Assembly: GCF_035594765.1 (NCBI RefSeq)
Contig: NC_085846.1
Coordinates: 10,403,190-10,467,189 of the forward strand
Direction: 5' to 3'
From: Anolis carolinensis
Taxonomy: Eukaryota
DNA: 64,000 nucleotides
The translations under genes and the position numbers were made by a program. The stretch's first letter is position 1. The number at the start of each line of letters is the position of its first letter. Of this stretch, positions 1 through 10,959 are shown in pieces. Under the pieces are notes generated by a model, which was given only the letters and a program-made list of their open reading frames with translations, ran no database searches and had not been told where the DNA came from.

Positions 1-878
1 GTGGATCCCAAAGGTAGTTTTTAAAAAAGAACTTACTGTGAGTATTATTGTATTGTTTTTGCATATTATATATCTTTGTAATGCATGTTGTATGTTCCAT
101 GTAACTACGTAGAACTACCTTCAGCCACTGTATATGTTCCCTTTAGGATCCACCTTTCAGTAATACCACACAGAAAAAGAGCACTGTTTATAGACCACAT
201 GTCTCAAGTGTTGAGCTTTCTGATAAGTGAGTAAATAATGTGTATATTTGTTGTTGTGTATTTTAAGCCATTTCTGACTTATGGTAACCCTAAGGCAAAC
301 CTTTCCACAGATTTCTTCAGAAGGGGGTATGGAGGGACGATCTTCTTTAAATCTGAGAACATTTATTTCACCCACGATCATTCTGTGGTTTTTCATGGTT
401 TGAACTTCAGTCTCCCAGAATCTTGATCCAACATTCCAATAACTACATCATGTTGCCTATCATGAGATTTCTGAATACTTTAGAATGATCCAACACTAGA
501 AATACAGATAACAACACAGAGACTATTTTATTATTCCACAAATCCACTGACATTTACCCATTTATTTTTGGATCACAACTTCATACAATTTCTGTTGAAA
601 GTAATGATGACCAGCATTAGCAATGGTAGATGGTGATCTCCAGGTTAGTGCGGTGATCAATCTGATTTTGGGCTCATTCTAAAATTCTAAGTAGTAAGCC
701 AAGATGCTGAATCCTATCGTTTAACAGAGTCTATTGAAACCCTTATCCCTTTTTTCCACTGTGTTAACCAACCTTGACATTTTTGTGTCATCTGAAAATA
801 AGATAATAATTCCCTTCTGTAGAGTATGGTGAGTGGTCAAGTTAGCTAAAGAAAACTGAGAGCTGTAAAGGGAAATCA

Positions 879-1072
879 GGGTTGTTGTATGCTTTCCGGG
901 CTGTATGGCCATGTTCCAGAAGTATTCACTCCTGACGTTTCGCCCACATCTATAGATGCCTGCCATAGATGTGGGTGAAACGCCAGGAGAGAATACTTCT
1001 GGAACATGGCCATACAGCCCGAAAAGCATACAACAACCCTGTGATCCCGGCCATGAAAGCCTTCGACAACAC
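879..1072 (+). mobile_element. Penelope-like element terminus with inverted duplication (hairpin)
   Basis: Arms 878-953 and 965-1040 are reverse complements. Tail ccatgaaagccttcgacaacac. 12-bp TSD aaagggaaatca (867-878 and 1073-1084). Same family as 29760-29917 and 32322-32488. Confidence 0.8.
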
Positions 1073-1264
1073 AAAGGGAAATCAACTTGTCAAAGTTCTG
1101 ATTATTGCTGAACAACTATCAAATGCTCCATGTAAGAAGGCATTTTGTTTACCTCACTTTGAATCACACAATTATCTTGGAAAAAAATGTACCAGTATGT
1201 ATAATCCCTAATTATGCCTTAGTAAACTCAATGGGATTTTGTATATGAAGGAAAGGCACATTCT

Positions 1265-3645
1265 TTAATTCCTTCTTTTTGTTAGTTGCTCCTTGCTGTT
1301 CAACTCAGGCTTCAGCAAAATAATATTGCATTTTGGTGAAAAAATACAGCCCAATAAACCAAAGCTAGAAGCCAAAATAGAGAAAATCTCCACGGCCACC
1401 ATATTTTTGCCCTTCGTGCTCAGGTATGTTGGAATGAAGCACAGCCAAACACTGCAAAAGACCAACATGCTGAAGGTGATAAACTTGGCCTCATTAAAAC
1501 TGTCAGGCAACTTCCTGGCTAAGAAAGCCAAAGTGAGGCTGACAAGAGCTAGGAAACCCTGGAAACCCAAAAGAGAATAAAGCATAGCGCCTGAATCTTC
1601 ATTGCATTTGAGTACAATTTTTTGACTCACTGAGTACATGTCAAGGTCTGGGAACGGAGGAGAGGTTGCCAGCCAGGCCATGTTAATAACAACTTGGGTA
1701 AGAGAGCAAGAAAGAACAATGGAATATGTTAATCTCTTCCCCATCCATTGCCTTATCCTGGACCCTGGCTTGGTGGCTACGAAAGCCAGAATGACAGTGA
1801 TGGTTTTGGCCAAAATGGAAGAAAGTGCCACTGAGAAAATCACGCCGAAAGCAGTTTGTTGAAGGAGGCATGTCGCCTTTCTAGGTTGGCCAATGAATAG
1901 CAGAGCACAAAGGAAGGAAAGCAGGAGGGAAGCCAGGAGAATGTAGGTGAGGTTCTTATTGTTTGCTTTGACAATGGGAGTGTCCCTGTACTTTATGAAG
2001 ATGCCAAGAATGAAAACTGTGATGAGAGAAAATGTGAGTGCCAACACGGCTAACACGATGCCCAGAGGCTCTTTAAAAGACAAGAACGTGATTTCTTTTG
2101 GGAGACATCCATCCTTGTCATTGTTTGGATACTGATATCCAGGGCATGCAAAACATTCATCGGCATCTGAAAAACAAGGATTTTCATGGTGAAAAACCAA
2201 TACTTTGAGGTTGCTTTAGAAATAGATTACTAGCAAATGTAGATATTAAGCATATGTGATGGATAGAAAAAGTTTCAAAAGTCATTCCAAAATGGGGAGT
2301 GCTGGCGCTTAGTTTCTAAAGTGTTTCTAAAGTATCATTAGTGAAAAATTTGTTACTATAAGGAGAGTCATGAAATTTTGTTACTTTTTCGTTATAGTAA
2401 TTGCATACTTGGGAGGAGGGGCTCCTGGGGCTCCTTTGTCGCTCATTTTTACAGCTATTGAGGTGAAACTTGCTGCAATGGTAGAACAAATTTACCACTG
2501 TTCGCCCACCACATTTTACAACATTTCACTTATCCACTGATTTTGGGGGAATTTTCAAAATTTCATCTCTTCCTCATCCATCACCTTATCCTGGACCCGG
2601 GCTTGGTGGCTACAAAAGTCAGAATGACAGTCATGGTTTTGGCCAAATGGAGGAAAGTGAGAAAATCATGCCGAAAGCAATTTGTTGAAGGAGGCAGGCC
2701 ACCTTCCCAGGTCGGCCAATGAATAGCAAAGCACAAAGGAAGGAAAGAAGGAGGGAGGTCAAGTGAGGTTCTTATTGTTCGCTTTGACAATGGGAGTGTC
2801 TCTGTACTTTGTAGATTCCCTTGTAGATTCCAAGAATGAAGACAGTGATGAGAAAAAATTTGAGAGCAAACATAGCTAAAATGATCCCTAGGGACTATCC
2901 AAAAGTCAAGAAAATATTTTTTTGCTGGAAACATCCATCTTTATCATCATTTGGATACTGATATCCAGGGCATTCAAAGCATTGATTGGTGTCTGAAGAA
3001 CAAGAAGTTTCAAGGTGAAAACCAGCTCATTGAGATGGCTCTACAAAAAGAATGCTAATGTAGATATCAAAGCACATGCAAATTCTTAGATTTTGACATT
3101 TGGTTACCCTGTTCAGAAGGATATCTTGACTATGAGTAACAGTAAGGTCTGCACCTTTTTTGGTTTTGCCACATTGTGTTCTACCATGAAACTAATGCAA
3201 TCTCAGTGCAGGGATCTGCTGAGGCTTAACCCCTGTCTGCTCACACAGTCTAGATACCAGTTGCTATTCACAACGTCAGATATAGTTTACTGGTAATAAC
3301 TAGAAAATATTTTCATTTCAGTCATCTTGCAGCAAATGAAAACCTTTATAATTTATTAGAAGACCAAGTTCTGAGGTGTATGTATGATGTACAACTCATA
3401 GATAGAGAATCCTATGTTTCCTACCTGTGTAGGTTGAAATCTTGCCCTCTGGACATGGAATGCAATCATAGCAGCAAAATGACGCCCTTTCCTTCTTTCT
3501 TTTACTAAAGCCCAACTGGCATTCATTGTTACATCTAGAGTGGGGTGGTGCCTGTTCATTAAAAAAAAAACCCTGAGGTTCTTGTGGAAATCTGAACCCT
3601 ATTGGATCATATAAAGGAATATACATGGCTTGGTCTTGGAATTGG

Positions 3646-3701
<56 letters not shown>

Positions 3702-6700
3702 TGTATTTGTTACTCGCTCTCCTTGTGGCTCAATAAGGGTCTAACATGGTTAAAACAGATAAAAGATAACATAATTAAAATGAATATATTAAATACACAC
3801 AACAAAGGATGACACCTATACTGGTAATATTCATAGTTTAAAATTGACTTGGTAGGCCTGCCGGAAGAGATAAGTGCTCAGCTGCGTCTTGAATTTTGAC
3901 AATTGATTTAGCTTCTAAGCTCTTCCGGCAGGTTATTCCTCAGTCTTGGGGTGACAGATGAAAAGATTCTCTGGGTGATAGTTGCCAGTAAAATTCTGGC
4001 TGGTTGGAGTAAGTATCCCCCAAAAGACCAAGTATCTGGGGAGGATTATATGGGAGAAGGCCATCTTGTAAATAACCAGGGCCTAAGCCATATAGGACTT
4101 TAAAGGTCAAAACCACTTTGCCCAGAATCTAATTGGCAGCCTGGGGAGTGACTTTAGTGTAGGTGTAATATACTCACTCCTGGATGTTTCCATAACTACA
4201 CTGGCTGCCATAATTTGAACCAACTGGAGTTTTTATACTTGGTACAAAAGTAGCCAGATGTATAGCGTATTGCAAAAGTCCGATTTTGAGATGACCAGAT
4301 CATGCACTACCATTTTTAGAAAAATTTAGATACAGTGTATCAGCTGAAGCTGATAAATATTCATAGTAGTCTTGTCTATCTGGACTGATGTTTGGAAGGA
4401 GGGATATAGGAGCACTCCCAAGCTACAGACATAGTCATTCAAGGGGAGTGTAACTGGTTGGCACACCTCCTCATGAGGAACTTACTTGGTTGAAGATGCT
4501 GGGCCACACAATGGCATCATCTTGAATGATAAAACTCTTGCCTACCGGAGCCTGTGGTTCCATTGTACCAACTTTTATTTTAACAAAAGACTGATTTGGA
4601 AATGTGACCCAGTTGATAATATCAAATCCTGATAGTAATTCCCCATTTTGGTCAAAGGAAATCTCTTCCCCAGCGCTATTGTTAAATGTAACTCTTCTCA
4701 GAAAATGGTGGAGCTAAATGAAAAGAGGAAGGAATTGATGGAGAAGGGCATAGAAAGATGAAGCATATATCTCAAAGTGATCATGGTTTACATTATCAGT
4801 CACCCAAGGTGCACCAGCCCTCTCTGGCTTTCCAAATCGTAACAGCACCATTATACATTGGCTCACAATCCATATCTGCCCCAATGAGCATAAAACCCAT
4901 TGTGCACTGGTCACATTCATGCCCCACACACCCTGCCCCCAATGTAGTACTGCTGTGGCAAACCATTGCTGAATATGGATGAAACTGCTCAATGCTGTTT
5001 CTCACAGACACAGATTAAGTACACTTACAAAGATGTATGTATTGTATATTCTGATCATTTAAACTTGGGGACCAGTACTTTGGTGGTAGTTTCCTGGAAG
5101 GTAGCAAACTGGTCTGTGCTGAATAAAAAGTATTTTCACAATAAACAGTATATTTAATGCAGTACCACTAGGTAAAAGTAAAGGTTTTCCCCTGACAATA
5201 AGTCCAGTCGTGACCGACTCTCGGGGTTGGTGCTCATCTCCATTTCTAAACCGAAGAGCCAGCGTTGTCCGTAGACACCTCCAAGGTCATGTGGCTGGCA
5301 TGACTGTATGGAGCGCCGTTACCTTCCCACCGGAGCGGTATTTATTTATTTATTTATTTCCAATATTTCTATCCCGCCCTTCTCACCCAAAGGGACTCAG
5401 GGCGGCGTACAATTGGTACCTATTGATCTACTCACATTGGCATGTTTTCGAACTGCTAGGTTGGCAGGAGCTGGGGCTAACAGCTGGCGCTCATTCCGCT
5501 CCCGGGATTTGAACCTGGCACCTTTTGGTCCGCAAGTTCAGCAGCTCAGCACTTTAACGCACTGTGCCACCAGGGGCCATGATCTCATTTATTAAAACTT
5601 GTTAATCTAAATATGCATACGAGGCACCAATGTAAGAAGAACATTTTCAAATAGTTGTAAATTGGAACAAAATAATAGTATTCCACCTTTCACACAAAAC
5701 ACATCTCCTGACTTACCATACTGAATTATTCATTTTAAAAAAAAACTTTTGCATTAATGAAATTACCTGCCATGGATGCATATTTGAATGATCCTCTCTT
5801 GCACCATTCGGCACTGCTCTGTGTTTCAATTTAGATGAATATACGGCTTGCAATGCATGTGCAATGGCATAGACAGCATTGTAGATGCTGTAGCTGTGGC
5901 TGGTCATGCTCATTTCAAAAACAGAAGCAGGAAGAGTCTCTAGCTTCTCCTTCCCGGTGCAGAACATATTATTCTTTTTGTCTAATGAAGGCAAGTTGCA
6001 GTTAAATACCTCTTTCCAGAAAAACCACAGAAACTTGTCTTTTTTAGCTGAGAGAGGGTTTCTTGTCTGAAGAAAGCGTTTGAATCCTGAAGGGGCTTTT
6101 GAATGAACTTCAAAGGAAATAGCCCCTTGAAGGAAATCTATATCCCAGTCTCTTGCAAAAGAAAGCATTGCAAACTCCATCTGAGCTGTCATAACCCACA
6201 CTTTTGTGCTGATTTGCAGGGGTGTATCCTTTATTTCTGCAATATATATCATCAGTCTTATAACCATAATAGTAGAAGTTTCACCATGCACAAGAATCAC
6301 ATTGGCAGTACTTCCCATAACATCTGTAATCATTTTATAATATTTCTCGGCAGATGTATCAAGTGTATTAATAAAGTTGATTTTGGGAAATCTTGCTATG
6401 AAACTGAAGCAGATGCCCACGTGAGTAAACATGGGAAAAACATATTGTACAAATCGCTCCCCAGTATCGTCATCTTGACAAACTACTCCAATCAATATCC
6501 ATTTGAAATGCAAGAGTAACCAGACAATCCCTCTATACTGATAACCAATGTGGGGGAACATCTGGTGGAAGAAAATACCTTGTTCTTCATTATTCACCAT
6601 TGGAGATGTTCCAAAAATAAACTAAATATTAAAATAGAGAGAAACATGAAGATAAATGAAATCTGAATTAACATTTCTATTCCCTTTAAATATTGTATCT

Positions 6701-9700
6701 TGGAATGTTGCTTTTATTTTTGTTCATGCAATGGATTTTCTAATACTAATTGTGCTGAAATACACTGGCAAATTGACTTCCACTGGAGCATCTGAACTCC
6801 AAATCAATGAGTTCTCAGTATTAGGTTAGCTCATGTTAAAAGTCCTTAGCATGTACAGTCAAAGTCTGTGGACCTGAACAGCGGTCAGAAACTGCAATCA
6901 ACTGGAGTAGCTTTATGTTTATATCCAACCTCAAATTCAAGATCCTGCTTTTGAATTAAACATTTTCCATCCATTATTTTCGAAAGACTGCATAGTCCTG
7001 CATCAGTCTATCCAGAATTTCAGATCTTCATAAGTGGCATGTTGCATGTCTCACGACCTCAACAGGATTGGAGAAGCACATCCATGAAGTCCATGGAGTT
7101 TCTCCAGGCATCCCACCACTTCTCTAATCCCTGTGCATTTGGCTATGAAGAAGGGATTACCAGGTGCTTTTCAGTTCCTGTCTTCTAACCAAGAAAGGAG
7201 TGGCAGAGAGAGACAGCTTTGAAGCTTCAAAGTAAGTGAGAACAAGGAGTTGAGATTGGGCAGAATAAGGAGAAAGAACCCTCCACCCCACAGAACTCAA
7301 ATAAGATCTTCACACATATGCATAGAATTAGAAGAGACCCTAAGAGCCATCCGTCCCAAGTCCTTATCATCCAGGAACATAGAATCAAATCATCCCCAAC
7401 AGATGCACATCCACCCTCTGCTTCAAAACCACGTTCCAAGGCATATTCCACTGCCAAACAGCTCTTATCATCATTCAGACATCCTAAATCTGGGGCACAT
7501 AAAGAGTCAATGAGCAAAATCAAGTGATCAAAATCTCAAAGGCTGAACTATTACATGCACAACCTGACCAAATGCATTTCAAATGTTTTCTTAAGCAAGG
7601 CATACTCAGCTACGGATTTTCCAGTTTCACAAAAATATAGTCTGTGGCAACTTAGTTTCATTGTCAGCTACCCATCCAAATATTAAGATCAGATGGGATC
7701 TGGTATCTTTATGGTATATTTAGGCATTAGCTTCCTATTATATGTTGGACTGTAGAAATATGACTGAAGAATGGAAAACAGTCTTCTGTATGAAGCAATG
7801 TAACATGTCAAACTAACATGTCAGAATGGTAAACCAAACTCTCTCTTTTCATAATGTTATATTTATGCACAATTTTCCCCATTGTGAAGCATATGTAAAG
7901 CCACCTTGAGTCCCCCTTCAGGGTAGAGAAAGGTGGGATATAAAAAGAGTAAATGAATAAATACAATTTGATGGATTACAATTAGGTTTTACAGATTGTT
8001 AAGATTTTGTGCTTGTACACACATCTTACTTGTGGCATCTTGTATATAGACAGGATAGTTGCCAAGTGAAGACAATAGTCAGTGTGAGCTCCTGAAATCA
8101 CAGCTGCTGGAAGATTCTCAGTCTCACATTTATAATTGACAGCAAGTCTGCGCCGTCTGGACAAAAGTTCCATTGCAGCAAGGTAGGTCCCAATTTCAGT
8201 GAAACGGTTGTTATAGATGTGGAAACCCAAGGTGACATTGGGAAAGCGTTGTTGGTTTTCATTGGTCTCCTTTACAGAAAATGCCAAGGCCGCAATGTGC
8301 TGATAGAGATGAGTAAATAGCCTGTAAGGAGTGATATTTTCTTTATAATTGTCTCTCTTCTTGAAATAAAAGCATTTGCTCCATTTCAATCAAATGTAAC
8401 ACTCACCCATCATAAAGCAGAGTATAAGAATGTGAGGGAGGCAGAGCGTGAGACAGCAGGAAAGTTTGTATTTTGCTGGCAATCAGTGGAAACATTGAAA
8501 ACATTGACACAAAAGTTTTACAAACTAATTCAAAAGCCCTATCACCTGAAATAGCTCTGGTGTTAATATCAGTGCACGAGTATCTCTCGAATTCTATGTA
8601 TTGTTCAATTTTTTAACTCCAATCTTTCTTCAGCAGGATTCTAGAGAAAGGAATGTATGGTGACACACCTGTCCAGCCTCACCATATGCCTTGGGCCAAA
8701 TCCACTGAATGTGAATTCAAATGAAGATTCTTTTTCTCATCTAATCTTTAGTAATATTTCATATGGCTAAGAAAATATTATACTTTGGTGTTTAAACTCC
8801 TCATGACAGAAGTGATAGCAATTCTGAATAGAGTGTTATATGACTAACAGAGTGTTAAATGAGTAATATATATGTGTGTGTGTTTCCATTCATGCCCTTT
8901 TTGTATACATAAAAGAGTACAGTATATGCCAGGCCTGTACAGACATCAGCCCTCCAGGTCTTTTGGACTTCAACTCCCACACTTCCTAACATCCTGGTAT
9001 ATACTCATGTACAACTTGTTCTCATGCACAAGTCGATGGAACGTTTGGAAGCCAAAATTATGGATTTTCATTTGACCCATGGATAAATCAAGGATATTCC
9101 ACACTGAGATAAGAGCACAAGTGTCACCTCAGATGTCCACCTGACCCTGGCTGCCACTGCCATTTCCCCACCCAGGCATTGAAAAAGAGCAGAAGTGATG
9201 GAGATTGTTTTTGTTCTCCCAAAATGGACTAAGTTTTCATCTTTCACCACACTACTCAGAGCATGGAGTGGGACCTTTTCAATTACAATTAAGGCACAAT
9301 ACCCACATTGACTAATAGAGATGTTGATTTAAGTGTTTGGGATTTTTTTAACCTTCTTGACTTCTACATGTGTATGCAGGTTAAATAACACATATTTGAA
9401 TATGCAAGTCTGTCAGGTTCATCTTTTAGATCCACCCTGTGATTAGAATATATCTTGAATCAACTAACATATCATAGGGTTTTTTTTAAAAAAGAATAAA
9501 AATATTGTTTTACTAACAAAACAATTGTAATAGATAATGTAGGGGGTTGTATTACACTAGACCTAGTTCTTTTGAATAGAAATCTTTAACCAGCCATTTT
9601 AATATATGCACTCACAAAGAACTCTGACAAACCTGAAAATTAATAGACTGTATTAACTGCAATAATGTGAAGAATCATCCTTGGGTTTCATTTACTGAAA

Positions 9701-10204
9701 AGCAAAATGGTGATGAAAAGGAGATGAATGAATAGTAAAATGGCCAAGGGAGAGGGCCATATTTACTGAGATATAAGAATTTTGTTGACATTGATTCAAT
9801 GGCATTTAAGCTAAATCATGCCTAACTTATACATTATTTCAATTTGGCTTCATTTTCATTGGCACCACCATGCATTAACAAGCAAATTGAAAAATGCCTG
9901 CATTTAAAATTTATTATGTAATGAAATACTGAGCTACTTACAGAGGAACATCAGAAACTTCTTGAGATGGAGGTCTTTCAAATGTTATATTCTTTGAAAA
10001 TATATAGATCTGAGACACGATTCCTCCAATGATGATCTCTCTGGGTTCATAATATTGATATTCTGTGTGGACAGGTTCTCTGAAGGAACACTGAACACTT
10101 GGATTCTTGCCTACCACTTGAGACAGTAACATTACCACCATAAAGGCCAACACTTTCCGAAACAAACTTAAATTTGTGTTAGCCACCTCTTTCCACATTG
10201 CCAT
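1265..10204 (-). CDS. V2R gene A, vomeronasal type-2 receptor (class C GPCR), intact, 6 exons, 888 aa
   Basis: Exons 10204-9942 (263 bp), 8321-8030 (292), 6621-5767 (855), 4713-4486 (228), 3551-3425 (127), 2166-1265 (902). All introns GT-AG, phases 2/0/0/0/1, total 2667 nt open. Motifs: [13 protein letters not shown]...[81 protein letters not shown] downstream ATG (MVVMLL) is an alternative start. Confidence 0.92.
2563..2992 (-). pseudogene. Duplicated, truncated V2R exon 6 (exon 6') inside intron 5 of gene A
   Basis: Intact acceptor ttcttgttcttcag|ac at 2992. Reads (D)[31 protein letters not shown] then TAG (2897-2895). Beyond the stop it is decayed TM1-TM3 sequence with a ttgtagattc duplication and deletions, ending near 2563. 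Confidence 0.88.
3646..3701. repeat. (AAT)~18 microsatellite (L2 tail)
   Basis: Directly visible. It explains the poly-N ORF at 3630-3812. Confidence 0.95.
3646..4465 (-). mobile_element. Decayed L2 (LINE2) 3' fragment
   Basis: Minus-strand translation [17 protein letters not shown]...KLQLVQ resembles the L2 ORF2 C-terminus (VHALVTSRLDYCN..LQLVQN). Ends in a microsatellite tail. Confidence 0.65.
5171..5578 (-). mobile_element. Sauria SINE with a nested L2/SINE2-type 3' tail
   Basis: Reverse complement of the 49518-49847 copy. Interrupted at 5341-5414 by (TTTA)n-atcccgcccttctcacccaaagggactcagggcgg, flanked by a ggta duplication. Confidence 0.85.
7320..7475 (-). mobile_element. CR1 3' end remnant
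   Basis: catagaattagaagagaccctaagagccatc is the complement of the CR1 tail seen at 12320-12410. Similar remnants at ~27720-27805, ~32298-32595 and ~33575-33670. Confidence 0.55.
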
Positions 10205-10340
10205 TCTAGAACTTCTGACTAGGAAGACCTGGTTTATCTGGTTCCTTCCTCTGCAAATTCAAAGCCAGAATAGTGAGCTGTAAAGAAGCAGTATCTGTAC
10301 AGTGTTTAGCTTTTGCCCACGTTATGAAGGGCACAGGAGG

Positions 10341-10424
10341 TATTAATAATAGGTCTTTCTTCACAGATTTCTTTGAGGCCACTTCAACTCCTTAGAGATA
10401 GACAAAAAGAAGCACAAGTAATTA
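10341..10424 (-). promoter_or_regulatory. Putative V2R proximal promoter module, gene A
   Basis: TATTAATA at 10341-10348, O/E-like CTCCTTAGAGA at 10388-10398, TAATTA at 10419-10424. Same order upstream of B, C, D and F. Confidence 0.5.
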
Positions 10425-10959
10425 TATTGGCTTAGTTAAATATAGAATTTGAACATTACTGACTTTGGAAACATGTTTATTACAGCTCAGCAAAACTATT
10501 CCTGATCTTTGGGGAACAACTAAATTAATTGTTAGGTGGCTTTCATTTTTCCTTCTGACCATATCTAACTGTAATGGTTTTGATGACAACCTGAATGCTC
10601 CCTACTTGGAAAATGAGTTCCACTTCTGTGATGCAGCTTCAGCATCTAGGCAAAAAGCAGTGAACAGATAAATCAGAGATGCCTCCCTACCGTGCTGCCA
10701 TTGATAACCATTGAACTCCATGACAATTGGAAAGCTGAAACTTACAATCAAAGCACACTACATCATGCCATGGCCATATTGAACGACTAAAATGTATCTT
10801 AAATACTTTTACCCTTGAGTTAACCTTTGAATGGCCTTAAGCTTTCCTAAGATGTCTTGCACATGGTGTTTATTTTCACATGGAAGTATTGTTGATAAAT
10901 AAATAACAAAGATAAAGTGGTACACACATACACACAGGTTGCAGTTTTCCCCATCTCAA

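Noticed and set aside
930-995. Hammerhead ribozyme in the first Penelope copy, and in the 29830 copy
   Set aside because: Both arms of the first copy lack the CUGANGA core. The 29830 copy has CUGAGUA and is antisense to the gene.
1293-2135. Plus-strand ORFs recurring opposite every 7TM exon
   Set aside because: They are antisense shadows of conserved V2R codons and recur only because the paralogues do.
3630-3812. Poly-Asn ORF
   Set aside because: Translation of an (AAT)n microsatellite.
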